61,873 nucleotides of DNA, filler included, from an uncultured virus (IMG/VR IMGVR_UViG_2049941000_000860) (12 parts of one record of this genome joined end to end with filler, not necessarily neighbours in it); one strand, 5' to 3'; counted from the whole stretch's first letter, positions 33,148 to 45,453 are shown. Program-made: numbers and translations. Notes: a model not told the origin generated them from the sequence alone.

Positions 33148-34298
33148 TGAGCACGATGAGGAGGATGCGTACCTGACCGGGCTCATCCTCCAGGCACAGG
33201 CGGCCGCTGAGGATTACTGCCGCGTGCAGTTCCCCGAGGAAGATCCGCCCGAACCTGTGCGTCTTGCGCTGCTGCTGTTTGTCGGCTTCTATTATGAAAA
33301 CCGGGATATTCCTGACATGACCACCTACAAGGCCATGCGCATGGCGTTTGATTCTCTGCTGTATCCGTACCGCGATCCGGAGAAAATGTTCTGAGGAGGC
33401 GATGATCGTTGCGAGGTTATAAGAACTTTGAAAGCGATCCCCATCCCGGAGCATTGAGGCACCGGATCGAGATCGGGTACACGGAGAATGCCATCAACGA
33501 AAACGGTTATCCACAGCCTGTGGATAGAGTGATCTGCCGTGTCTGGGCGGCTGTAGTCGATGCCGGAAACCAGCATTACCGGGCAGCGGACGTCATGAAC
33601 ACCGAGGCCGTCATCAACTTCACCATACGCTACAGGACGGACATCAAGCCCGGGATGTGGGTGCGCTTTCAGGGAGAGAAATGGAACATCTCCACGCTCG
33701 GCGAATACCAGTTTAAGCGCACATACCTCGGACTTAAGGCGTCCATAGCGAAGGGAGTGAGCGGATGAGGCAGGTGCAGGAAGCGCTGGCTAATATCGGC
33801 ATACCTGTGTTTGCGGGTGTCTGGCGCGCAACATCTCCGGATCAGAATCCGCCCGTGCAATATGTGGTATACTCTTCCACAACTACGGAGAACAGCCATG
33901 AGGACGATCATGTGACCTCATTTAGGACATATGTGTACTTAAACCTGTGGAGCGATATTGATCCCACGGAGATGGCTGACCGGATACGCGAAGCTATGTA
34001 CGCCTACGGTTTTTCCATCCTGGAAGAGTCAGATAAAGGTTACAACATGCCCGCGTATGACGCCGCTACCCGGCAGTACACCGTGCAGTGGACGTGGGTC
34101 CTTTATGAGGAGCGATGTTACTATGCCGATGAGCATTAGCGGCCTGGATGATCTAAGCAACGACCTGAGCAAGATGGCTGCCGCACTGGGCGATGAGGGT
34201 CACGTGATCGACAAAGCGCTCAAGGCCGGTGCCGTTCCCATCGAGGAACAGATGAAAGCGAACGCGTCGAGCGACCCGAAGATCATCACCGGCGACCT
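33148..34298 (+). CDS. Third allele: connector, head closure (33409-33768), tail completion (33765-34139), gp10 start
   Basis: Homology to the 29611-31885 genes. Confidence 0.85.
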
Positions 34299-34463
34299 NN
34301 NNNNNNNNNNNNNNNNNNNNNNNNNNNNNNNNNNNNNNNNNNTTAATTAATTAANNNNNNNNNNNNNNNNNNNNNNNNNNNNNNNNNNNNNNNNNNNNAC
34401 CATCGATCGGGTGTGGCCGGGGCTGAAACCGTGATTCATCTTTCTGATTGAACGTACTCGTCG

Positions 34464-34784
34464 TTACTGTGAAAGCAGTATGCCCATCTCTTCAGCAAAA
34501 TGAGGATTGGTTTTCATAAGTCCAAGTATCCTTCTGGCCGGTCCGTCGGGATGACTCCTGCCACCTTCCCATGCTTCAATAGATTTGACGGATACGCCTA
34601 TGCATGCGGCAAAAGTCTTTTGAGTCATTCCGGTTCCTGTACGAACAGCTTTGATCTGCTGAGGAGTAAAGGTATCTAGATCTGCTACCGTTCTTTTGTG
34701 GATAATAGCGCCGGTTTCCTTGCCTTCGGCCATTTCGATCAGTTCATTCAGGGAAGCCATGATATCATCATATACTTTGGGCAT
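34464..34784 (-). CDS. HigA-type HTH antitoxin
   Basis: MTQKTFAACIGVSVKSIEAWEGGRSHPDGPARRIL. Confidence 0.85.
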   Translation of the reverse strand: MPKVYDDIMASLNELIEMAEGKETGAIIHKRTVADLDTFTPQQIKAVRTGTGMTQKTFAACIGVSVKSIEAWEGGRSHPDGPARRILGLMKTNPHFAEEMGILLSQ

Positions 34785-35154
34785 CTGTCATTCCTCTTTT
34801 CTTACCGGTCGGTTATAATAGTTCTCAAGTGTCTGGATAGCCTTCCTGATGGCNNNNNNNNNNNNNNNNNNNNNNNTGTGTAAGGTTTGCTTTGTCGGAC
34901 TTGGCATAAGCGGCTAAGCCGCAGATCTTTTCACCAATCTCAAAATCTACATAGATGATTCGGCTGGAACCGCTTTTCCCACGACCTTCAAACTCAAAGC
35001 GAAACTTCCGCGCGCCTCCTGTACCTTGGATAACATCTCCTGCTTTAGGATCAGCCAATAAATCATCTTCCAACCGTACCAGGTCGTCGTCGGAGAACCC
35101 GCACCGATGCCATCCGGAAAGGAAAGCAGTTGTCCATATAAATTCTCGAGTCAT
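34781..35154 (-). CDS. RelE/HigB-family toxin (gapped)
   Basis: GDVIQGTGGARKFR...RGKSGSSRIIY...YAKSDKANL. Confidence 0.85.
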
Positions 35155-35166
35155 TTAAGCCTCCGC

Positions 35167-35221
35167 AACCCCTAAATTTAAGGGGTTAATTATATTATAC
35201 CTATCATTCACTAGCTGTCAA
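35167..35221 (-). promoter_or_regulatory. TA promoter and palindromic operator
   Basis: TTGACA-16bp-TATAAT (35221-35194); AACCCCT-7bp-AGGGGTT (35167-35187). Confidence 0.75.
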
Positions 35222-35251
35222 GTTAAACATTTCATAAAATGAGGTTGTTTC

Positions 35252-38200
35252 ATGAGTGATGTAGTACGCGACCTTGTGGTCTCGCTGAGTCTTGACGCGG
35301 GCGAATTCACCCGGAATATGCGCGCCATCAACGCATCCATCAAGGAAGCGGAGAGTTCCTTCCGGCTCGCGGGCGCGGGCGTCGACAAGTTCGGGTCAAG
35401 CCTCGGCGGGCAGCTGGCGAAGGCGCAAATGCTGGAGCAGACCTATATTCTCCAGGGCGCGGCGGTCAGGCAGTACTCCGCTCATCTTTCAGAAGCCAAC
35501 GCCAAAATGGTGGCGACGGAAGGCTACCTCGCCAAGTACTCCGCCCGCCTCGCCGAAGCAAAGGCCCAGATGGCTCCGCTCAACGCGGAGATCGCCCGGC
35601 AGCACGCCGAGGTCGAACGTACCAACGCGGTCTATGCCAGCGTGGACGCCGCCTACCAGCAGAATATAAACTCCATCAATTCCCTGCTGCAGTCCATGGT
35701 CTCCCTGGAACAGGAGATCGCCGCGACCGAGATGATGTACGAACACAGCTTCGCCACGCTCGGCGCGGGCGACAGCCAGACGGAAGCGTACCGTTCGAGG
35801 CTCGCCGCGCTGAACAGCGAGCTCAGCAAGCAGCGGTCGCAGATGGCGTCCCTGCAGGCAATGACCAAAACACTGTCTACCGCACGCGCGTCCGCCGCGA
35901 ACCAGGCGAACCGGGCCGCGCAGGCGGAGCAAAACCTGCTGCAGCAGAAAGCAGCGCTTCAGGCGGAGATAAAAAAACTGGAGGGTCAGGTCAAAGAAGA
36001 GACCCAGGCCCTCGAAAACAACCGTACTGCCGTCGTAAGGGCGCAGACGGAGCTCAATAACGCAAAAGCCCGGCTCCGGGAAACAGAATCAGAGCTGAAG
36101 GCTCTGCAGAAGCAGATCGCGCTGATGTCGTCCATGTGGACACAGGCGGGCGCTGCGCTGACGGCGGTTTCCCAGAAATGTGTTTCCCTTNNNNNNNNNN
36201 NNNNNNNNNNNNNNNNNNNNNNNNNNNNNNNNNNTTAATTAATTAANNNNNNNNNNNNNNNNNNNNNNNNNNNNNNNNNNNNNNNNNNNNCAGGGGAGAA
36301 AAGAGCGTCGTCGATCTCAATGATTTCATTTCCGGGCTCGACGAAAGCAGCATCACCGAATTCTACGGACTGGTCACGCAGATCCAGTCCCTGCGGGATC
36401 AGGGGCTTGGATATGATGAGATCAGCAGCCTCACAGGTGTAGACGTTTCCTTCCTCGAAACCGCGTATACCCAGCTGGAGCAGATCAATACGCTGCTGCA
36501 GGGTATGAANNNNNNNNNNCACGCAGATCCAATCGCTACGGGACCAGGGGCTGGGCTACGACGAGATCAGCGGCCTGACCGGCGTGGATGTATCCTTCCT
36601 TGAGACCGCGTATACCCAGCTGGAGCAGATCAATACGCTGCTGCAGGGTATGAATACGGACAAAAACCTTGAACCGATCAGGGCGATGTTCGGAGACGCT
36701 CTTTCCGAGGAAGTGCTGAAAATAGCGACCGACCTCGACATGGAAGGCGCGAAGAAAGCGTGGGCGGAGTTCGNNNNNNNNNNNNNNNNNNNNNNNNNNN
36801 NNNNNNNNNNNNNNNNNNNNNNNNNNNNNNNNNNNNNNNNNNNNNNNNNNNNNNNNNNNNNNNNNNNNNNNNNNNNNNNNNNNNNNNNNNNNNNNNNNNN
36901 NNNNNNNNNNNNNNNNNNNNNNNNNNNNNNNNNNNNNNNNNNNNNNNNNNNNNNNNNNNNNNNNNNNNNNNNNNNNNNNNNCGCTGGGTGCGAACTCTCC
37001 GGCGACACGGTTTATCCCGATAGGCGTTGACATAGCCGAAGGTCTGGCGGCCGGTATCACAAGCGGCACGAGCATCGTGACAAACGCGATCGTCGCGCTG
37101 GCAAACGCCGCCGTTGCCGCTGCCAAGGAGGCGCTGCAGATACATTCGCCGTCACGCGTGTTCCGCGACGAGATCGGCGCGATGGCGATGGCCGGCTTCG
37201 GCGAGGGCGTCATAGCCCAGACCGAAGCGGAAGGCCGGGTCATACGCAATGCCGCCCGGTACCTGACCGACGAAGCGAGCGGCGGCGTTATGACCGGACG
37301 GAACGCTTACAACACCTACAATTACACTACCGACGCGCCGATCAGCTTTGAGGGCGCGACCTTCGCGATCCGCGAGGAGCAGGATATCCACTCCCTCGCG
37401 CAGGAGATCGCCTCGCTCATAAANNNNNNNNNNAGGGCTACAAAGAAAAGGAAGGCGGCGCGGACAAGAGCGCGGTAAGTAATCCCGGAGGGTTCTATGC
37501 CCTGGTCGAAGGATACCAGAAAGACCCCAAAAACTTCAATAGCGCCTTTGCCGCTCCATCCGAGCTGACCGCGCTGGTCGTGGCCTATGCCAAGGATCCT
37601 GAAAAGTTCAGTTCCTACTTTACCGCTCCCGGCGGGCTCAGCGCGCTGGTGACGCAGTACCAGAAGGACCCGGGAAACTTCGTATCGACATTCGACGGAC
37701 CGGCCGAGCTGCTGGCGTATGTGATTGCGTATGCTAAAGACCCGGCGGCATTCAACGCGGCCTTCGATGATCCGAACGGCCTGACCGCTTACGTGACCGG
37801 TTACGGCAAAGCGCCGACGTTCAGTTCGCTGTTCGAGGAACCGAGCGGATTGAGCGCGTTGGTGAAGATGTACGCCAAGGCCCCGGAATTCAGCGCTGTA
37901 TTTGACAATCCAACCGGACTGACCGCCCTGGTCATGATGTACGCGAAAGATCCGAAGGGCTTCAGCGACGCGTTCGCCAGCCCGGAAGGCCTGAGTGCTT
38001 ACGTGAAGCAGTACGCGAAAGATCCGGAATTCAGTTCGTACTTCGACGGACCGTCAGGACTGAACGCGCTGGTGGCTGCGTATGCCGCTGACCCTGAAAA
38101 CTTCACTGCGTTCTTTAAGAGTCCGTCGGGGCTTGTTGCGCTTGTCAGCGCGTACCAGCAGGACCCCTCCGGTTTCAACGCGTTCTTTGCCAATCCCAGC

Positions 38201-40316
38201 GGCCTGACCGCGCTGGTTGCGGCTTATGCCGAAGACCCGGCAGGCTTTGACGCCGCGTTCGCCGATCCGTCCGGATTGCAGGCACTGGTAACGAGCTATA
38301 AGAAAGACCCGGCGGGATTCATTGCCGACTTCGACGGGCCCAGCGGACTGCTAGCCCTGGTCGCTGCCTACGCCGAAGTGAGCACCGGCGCGAGCACGGC
38401 AGGCTTGACGCCCTCTGTCACCGCTACGGTCACGCTGAGCGATATTGACGCGGCTGCCCTCAAAACATGGAAAGCGACCAACGGTCCCAAGGTGAAGCTG
38501 ACGACTTCCGTTGGACTGCGTGCGTCCGTCACGCTGGGCACAGACTGGCAGGCAAAACTGAAAGAGAAATATGACGCTGGACTTTTGGCCGTATACGGGA
38601 CGGACGGCATGCCCCTGAGCGTGACGCCAAAGGTGCTCAAGCAGCTGACCGCCGACAGCCTNNNNNNNNNNGTCGATGAAAACGGCGTGTATCATGTGAT
38701 GGTCAAGCCCCAGTGGGCCAGCGCCACGGATGAGGAGATCGAGGATTTCAATAAAGAGTTTACCCCCGACACGGACACCTATAAAAAGCTGACCAGCAAA
38801 TGGGACCAGTACCGTGCGCACATGGCCATGGGCGGTTCGATGCACTGGTTCGGCGATGACGACGACGGATTCATCGGCGCACTGAATGACGCGGCCGACT
38901 GGGTCGGCGGAGCGATCAACGATGTGTCGGATTTCTTCTCCGAAGGCCTGACACCGTATGAGATCACCGAATTCGCCGAAGCCACCGCAATGCTGACCAA
39001 CGCCGTGAATGAGGGATCGAACTCGTATAAGGTTTACGGCGAAGACGCGATACAGTTCCTGAATGACATGGCCGACGCGACCGAGGCCGCCAACGCCAGC
39101 GGAAAGAATATGGACCTGGTGAACAGGACGCTGGCTGAGTTGGCGTCCGTGGGCATCAACATAAAGGCCACCGACCTTCCGGCTTACCTGCGCAGCATGG
39201 CCAAGGGCGCTCAGTACGGAACGGCGACCCTTGGCAGCATGACCAACCGGCTCGCCCAGATGAACGAAGAGGTCGCCGCCGCCAAAGAGGAAAGCTCGGA
39301 TATAACCGGATTGATCAGTTCCCAGAATGAGCACCTGGCCTGGGCAAACTATACGCTGAAGGCTAATGAAATCCGGTCACTGACCCGGGAGCTGACAGCC
39401 GAGGAAAAAGCATACCTCGTGGCATATGATGCTTACCAAAGCGCCCGCTCTGAGGCAATGAATTATGACCGGAGAATCAACAACAGCAGGTTTGCCACAG
39501 ATGCCGGTCAGACCAATGCCGCAACAAATCTGGAAAAGGCGGGCAACAACGCGGCAAAATTCCAGGCGCTGAACGAACAGCTCAAGCAGGGCATCATTGA
39601 CCAGGAAACGTATGTATCCAGGGCAAATACCCTCATGGGCAGTTTTAATATGAAGGTGTGGGAAGATTACTACAGGGACGTGAAAGAATACGTCGACGCC
39701 CTCAAAGAGTACGGCGTCGAGGTCCCGGAAGTGTACGACCAGTTCATAGAGGCATACCTGGAATTCAGCAGGGAATATAACGCCACGCGAGGCTACGCCG
39801 TAAACGGCTACTCCACGGAAATGGATCATGTAAATGAAAACCTGAATTGGGGCCTCGAATTCCTTTCTGAGTTTGTGCGCCTGTCGGAAGAACTCGGCTC
39901 ATCCGAAAAGGCGCTAAAACAGCTGCAAGTCGGAGAAGAGTTTAATCTCGTAAATATGTACCTTGGGCAGCATCTCTCCGCGTGGAAGCAAAAGTATGAC
40001 GAGCTGACGGCGATCCTCGACGCGGGCGGTACCCTAGATGAAAAGCAATCCGTGTTCATGAGCAAATACCAGACGCTGATGGACTTCTTTGGGGAGGATT
40101 TCCTTGCGGATGTCGATCTGACAGAGGACGGAAGTGAGATCGCCGGAAGTCTTGGCGAAGGCATAGAAGCCCGGCTCAAAAGCTATGATTTCACCGGCAC
40201 AGGCAGCGCAGTTGCGGACAACCTCGACAAAGCGGTCAGGGACCCGCTGGGCGCGCATTCCCCGGCGACGCGGTTCATACCGATCGGCATGGACATAGCC
40301 GAAGGCCTGGCTGCTG
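35252..40316 (+). CDS. Tape measure protein (misordered fragments of at least 2 alleles)
   Basis: MSDVVRDLVVSLSLD N-terminus, coiled coil, HSPATRF/HSPSRVF motifs, C-terminal REEQDIHSLAQEIASL. Confidence 0.8.
37480..38380 (+). repeat. ~13 tandem 23-24 aa repeats in the tape measure protein
   Basis: Consensus P-S-G-L-x-A-L-V-x-x-Y-x-x-D-P-x-x-F-x-x-x-F. Confidence 0.85.
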
Positions 40317-40356
40317 NNNNNNNNNNGCGTGAGCAGGCGGGAAAGGGTTTCAGGCG

Positions 40357-41396
40357 ATGATAAAGGAAATAGACGGTATACCGGTAAAAACAGACGTGGA
40401 GCTTCCGGACGGGGAGCTCCGTTCTTATGTTCAGCGTGGCCGGGAGAAATACGGCCGCGCGCTCATAAGTGTCGAAATAAAGATCGACGGCGAATATGCG
40501 GACGTGTGCTACCACACGAAGAAGGTGCCGTTTGATCGTATCAGACGCATCACGGGTTGAGCCTACAGTTAGCCCGCAAATGCCGCTGTTCCCCGCATGA
40601 CAATCGTGTGGGGAGCTTCTATATCTGGACTCGTTGAAGCGGGGCAGAAATTAAATAATGGGTATAGAGGTATCAAGAGATGCAAAATCAATATGCAAAC
40701 CTTGAGTTCCGCAAGGTAAAATCACTTCTGTTTTTATATGAGATAAACAGTAATGGTACAATTGTCCGGAATGTAAAATCCAAAAAGCGCACGAAAATAC
40801 ATACCGATGATGACGGCTATCATTATTGTCTGTTTACGATTGGTGGCAGGAAAGGTAAGACGCAACGACGCACAGTTGCGCGCATGGTTGCTGAGTGCTG
40901 GCTGGGAGACAGGCCAGAGGGTTATCAGATAGATCACATGGATCGGAACCGCACAAATAATGATTACAGAAATCTACGCTACGTAACTCATTCCGAACAG
41001 ATGAAAAACCGTGTACTGTCTGACCGCATCATTAAACAGGCTACAGCAAATTGCTACAAGTGGACTATGGAGCATATTGCTAAGCCTGTGACGGTTTCCC
41101 GTAACGGTGTCATCCGAACATTTCCGTCAATGATGCAATGCGCTGCAGCGTTAGGAGCTGAATACGGTCTAAAGCCAGAGCATATACGTAGCAAGCTCAA
41201 AAAACACCGCTCTCATATATACGATTATGATATTACTTACGGAATGCAGAGACTGGACGCGGCAACCGCATGACGGTAAGGAACAGTCCATAAGTATCTT
41301 GTAGGCACACTCGACCGTTTCAACAACGCGAAGCGGTCGGAAGTTTATGACAGACTGAAACACGGGATGGAAAACAATGAGAACAACGATCGTTGA
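40357..41396 (+). CDS. Small NrdD-C-terminal-like (glycyl radical motif) protein, split: exon 1 40357-40557, exon 2 41295-41396
   Basis: Joined frame FDRIRRITG|YLVGTLDRFNNAKRSEVYDRLKHG. Confidence 0.85.
40558..41294 (+). mobile_element. Group I intron
   Basis: Exon ends in U and intron ends in G; P1 CGGGUU/AGCCCG with a U.G pair; GCCTACA/TGTAGGC P10-like pairing; CAGAGACTGGAC...CAGTCC P7 elements. Confidence 0.85.
40680..41273 (+). CDS. Intron-encoded HNH homing endonuclease
   Basis: YEINSNG...VARMVAECW...IDHMDRNRTNNDYRNLRYVTHSE. Confidence 0.9.
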   Translation: MQNQYANLEFRKVKSLLFLYEINSNGTIVRNVKSKKRTKIHTDDDGYHYCLFTIGGRKGKTQRRTVARMVAECWLGDRPEGYQIDHMDRNRTNNDYRNLRYVTHSEQMKNRVLSDRIIKQATANCYKWTMEHIAKPVTVSRNGVIRTFPSMMQCAAALGAEYGLKPEHIRSKLKKHRSHIYDYDITYGMQRLDAATA

Positions 41397-41512
41397 CGAT
41401 ATCCACGCGGCCGCGGCCATGGCGGACAATCTGCTTGGCCACGGTGTGAGCGTATTCAAGGCGGTACTGATCCCGGAGACCGGACAGTACCGTGTTTCAT
41501 GGGAGACGGATA

Positions 41513-42229
41513 ATGAAGGACTACATCATCTGGAAAGGGATAAACAGCCGGACTGTGGGCATTACAGTGACCGACCTTCCGGAGATCATACTGCCTGAGG
41601 AGCGGGTCACGTTCACGGACGTCCCGGGTCTCAGCGGATCACTGGCGCAGACTGAGGGTGTGGACGTGTATAAGGACATAACCCTGGGGGTGAAATGCTA
41701 CTGTCCCGATCCTACGCCGGCGGCTGTGGCAATGATTGCAGCATACTTTCGTGGAGCGGGCAGGCTGGAACTGCCCAATCGTCCTGACGGGTACTATGAG
41801 GCGCGGATAGTCAACCAGATCGCCTTTGCCAAAATCCTGCGCGGAAACACCCCGCGAACATTCACGGTCAATTTCCGCTGCAAACCGTTTTTGCGTTTAT
41901 ACAGCGGTGAAACTGAGCAGACGGTCAGCAGTGGAGACTTTCTGCATAACCCGACCGGTGTGCATGCAAAGCCGCTGATCACGATTACCGGCAGCGGTGA
42001 CATCACCCTGATGGTTGGAACGCAGATCATACAGCTAAACGGAATTGAGGGCGGCATTGTTTTAGACAGTGAACTTCAGGAAGCATACTGGGAGAATGTT
42101 CTCAAAAACAGCAGCATGACCGGAGAGTTTCCCCTGCTTGGGGAGGGCAACACGGCCATAAGCTGGACAGGCGGTTCAGTCTCTGAGGTAAAAGTTACGC
42201 CGCGCTGGGGTCACCGCTACGGTCACGCT
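41513..42229 (+). CDS. Distal tail (Dit-like) protein
   Basis: VPGLSGSL, FRCKPF, NPTGVHAKPLITITG, VTPRW; lies between TMP and Tal. Confidence 0.8.
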
Positions 42230-42329
42230 NNNNNNNNNNNNNNNNNNNNNNNNNNNNNNNNNNNNNNNNNNNNTTAATTAATTAANNNNNNNNNNNNNNN
42301 NNNNNNNNNNNNNNNNNNNNNNNNNNNNN

Positions 42330-44677
42330 GCTCCGGGAGCAGCCGTTTCGGATATACAGGGTCGTACCCGAGTTGAATAAGATCACGGTTTATGCCCGGC
42401 ATATCTTTTATGACCTGCTGGATAATTACATAAAGGAATACAGTCAGGGACCGGATGATCGCGGTGCGGAGGTGGTAAAGGGCATCGGCGCAGCAACGGA
42501 AACACCGACAGACTTTGCATTCTATTCCGACCTTATTACCACGGTCGATGAATTCTCTGTCGAAAACGCCAATCCCATCGAAGCCTTTCTCGGAGACGAG
42601 GGTGTCGTAGCCACTTTTGGCGGGGAACTGGCCCGGGACTGGTATGACGTGTATATCGTCCAGCGTGTAGGCGAAGATACAAGCATCGAGATACGGGAAG
42701 GCAAGAACCTGAAAAGTGTTTCCTATGACGTGGATACCACAAACGTGATCACACGTATCGTTCCGACAGGAGAAACGTCGAAAGGTAAAACGCTCTATCT
42801 CCCGGAACTATATGTTGACAGCCCGAACGCCGGAAACTACGATCATCCGAAATGGACGCATCTGGCCGTTTCCGATGTCAAGGAAAGCAGTAAGCTGAAA
42901 CTGAACGCCTGCTATGAAAAGCTGCGGGAGGCTGCCCAGGCTGAGTTCGATAAGGGCTGCGATCAGCCGACGGTCACCGTTACTGTTGACTTTATAAACC
43001 TTTTCGATACTGAGGATTATAAGGATTACGCCTTCCTGCAGAATATCTTCCTTGGCGATGCCGTAAGGGTTATAAGCAAACGGCTGGGCCTTTCCGTCTC
43101 CATGCGCATGACGCAGTACACGTACGACTGCCTGAAAAAGCAGTATACGAACATGACGCTGGGCACTGTTGCGGACACATTGGCAGGTAATACGATCACA
43201 GCTGCACAGCTGCCCACAGGTATCATTTCCGGCAGCAAGCTGGCGATCAATTCTGTGGGCACCGGAGCGCTGCAGGACGGAGCAGTAAAGAGCGCAAACA
43301 TTGATGTTGCGGCTATCGAGACAGCGCACATACAGGATGCGGCAATTGCGACGGCCAAAATAGCAGATCTGTCTGTGACGAGCGCCAAGATAGCAGATGA
43401 AGCCGTTACCAACGCCAAGATCGAGAATGCTGCTATTGACAACGCCAAAATAGCGGACGCTACGATCGAAGGGGCGAAGATCAAGGACGCAGCAATCACT
43501 ACAGCAAAGATTGACGATGCTGCGATCACCCGGGCGAAGATAGCCAACCTCGCAGTCGGCGAAGGACAGATCGACAATCTTGCTGTTACCGCCGCCAAAA
43601 TAGCCGATGCCGCAATAACGAACGCGAAGATTGCCAACGCGGCGGTCGATACGGCCCAGATTGCGCTGGGCGCTATAACGGCAGCTCTAATCCAGCAAGG
43701 TGCTGTGGGCACGGTGCAGATTGCCGATGCCAGTATCACGGAAGGCAAGATTGTCTCCCTGAACGCCGATGTCATCCAGTCCGGTACACTGGCGACGGAG
43801 CGGTTGATCATTACAGGGGCAGACGGCCTCATATACGAGATAAATGCCCAGAGCGGCACACTGACCACGCAGGAACTGAGCCAGGCAAAGTACCGNNNNN
43901 NNNNNTACTACTACAGAACCCGGCGTCCTGGCTCCAAACGACGGTGCGCTTGCACACATTACCTTGAAGAATACCGGCAATGTGGATCTGAAACCAATGA
44001 CATGCTATAGTTTTCTTGATGGCTATAACAATGCTTATATTTGGCCTGTAATGAATCCTGATGACGAAATACCGTTTGATGTCGGTACTTCACCGCTGAC
44101 GAACCATCTGACTCCCGGGTCAGAGACGGCAGAGCTGCTGGGCACTGTCGCTGTAACCTGCTGGGCCGTCGGTTATGNNNNNNNNNNTGGAAGTGTGCTT
44201 GTTGCTCGTTCTGTCACCGCTGAGCAGATCACCGCTGCGACAATAACCGCGAATGAGATTCTATCGGGGACGATCACCGGCGACAAGATAGCCGCAGCTA
44301 CCATCGAGGGCAGCAATATAAAAGCCGGAACGATCACCACGTCCCACGTTGCGGCCAATTTCGGGGAGCAACTCGATCTGTCATCCAACAGGGGCATCAA
44401 CCTGAGGGTGGGCGCGATCGAGGACGACGTTAGCGCACTGCAGGAGAGCAGCGTAGCCGGCGTAGTTGTGCAATACGCTTTGAGCACATCCTCTTCGACT
44501 GCCCCCTCACAGGGCTGGTCAGCCAACGCGCCGCCCTGGGAAGACGGGAAGTTTATGTGGCAAAAGACAGTCACCACATACGCTGACGGCTCCACAGACG
44601 AAAGCGATCCCACCTGCCTTTCGGGAGCGAAGGGCCAGGACGCGACGGTGCTCCGGATCGATTCCTCGCGTGGGACC
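42330..44677 (+). CDS. Tal/endopeptidase-type tail spike protein with IADAAITNAK repeats (fragments 42330-43895 and 44188-44677)
   Basis: VYARHIFYDL, ITRIVPTG, LGDAVRV; 10-aa periodic repeats; WEDGKFMWQKT. Confidence 0.8.
43906..44177 (+). CDS. Ig-like repeat fragment of the surface protein
   Basis: LKNTGNVDL...LTPGSETAELLGTVAVTCWAVGY. Confidence 0.55.
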
Positions 44678-44802
44678 NNNNNNNNNNCACGATTTGCCAA
44701 TTCGTACCTGGCTGTTTTGCTAACGAGTGATACAGTAGAGACAACCTTCGTTGGGCATGCATAAGGTATGCCAATTTGCGCGAAACTATTGATGGTATCT
44801 CT

Positions 44803-45056
44803 CTAATCTGCCTCGATTATTGTATCAACATAAATGTGTTTGCTTCTCGCTTCGTAAAAAAATGTGTATTTTGCGCCTTTCAAAAGCCTATCTTGCAGAA
44901 ATTGTGCTTCTCGTAATGTAGCATAGAATAACTTATATGGCTTTTGATCACCAGCATCAAAAGAGAAACTATTACGGCCTCGCATATATGAGTACTCAAT
45001 ATATGTTCCCGTAAATTCTTTGTTCTCCGGATGGATAAATATCATAAATTTGACAG
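44803..45056 (-). CDS. AT-rich hypothetical protein, 3' part
   Basis: Open frame to the stop at 44803. Confidence 0.4.
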
Positions 45057-45066
45057 NNNNNNNNNN

Positions 45067-45443
45067 CGCCGCCTTCGCGTTTTCCAGCTCCCTCTGGCTC
45101 TGGGCGGTAACGTATTTCTTGATCGGCTTGCCGTCCTGATCGGTGCCGATACGCACGGAGCCTTTGTACTTCTTTTCGCCCATGTTCATGCCTCCTTCGC
45201 CTTGCTGGCCCACCTGCCGACCTTTGCGGCGGCCAGGAACTCACCGCGGCTGATCTCGCCCTTCGGGTGGGATTTGCGCGTGCGGGCGGCGTAGTTCACC
45301 ACGGTCAGGTTCTCGATGTACTCGCAGATGGAGCGTACGTCCACGCCGTGGCCTACCCGGCGCAGGCGGCCTTCCTCCATCATCCGCGCGATGGTCCTGG
45401 GGACTACGTTCAGGATCTTCGCGGCCATCTTCTGCTCACAGAT
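45067..45443 (-). CDS. Excisionase-like HTH protein (45186-45443) and integrase N-terminus (45067-45189)
   Basis: AAKILNVVPRTIARMMEEGRL; YKGSVRIGTDQDGKPIKKYVTAQSQRELE arm-binding domain. Confidence 0.75.
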
Positions 45444-45453
45444 NNNNNNNNNN

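Noticed and set aside
29611..34298. Apparent triplication of neck genes and other duplicated pieces
   Set aside because: The copies are separated by N gaps and differ mostly synonymously; they are co-assembled alleles, not proven tandem duplications.
43260..43790. IADAAITNAK repeats as a novel domain
   Set aside because: A common low-complexity repeat in Firmicutes phage tail spike proteins.
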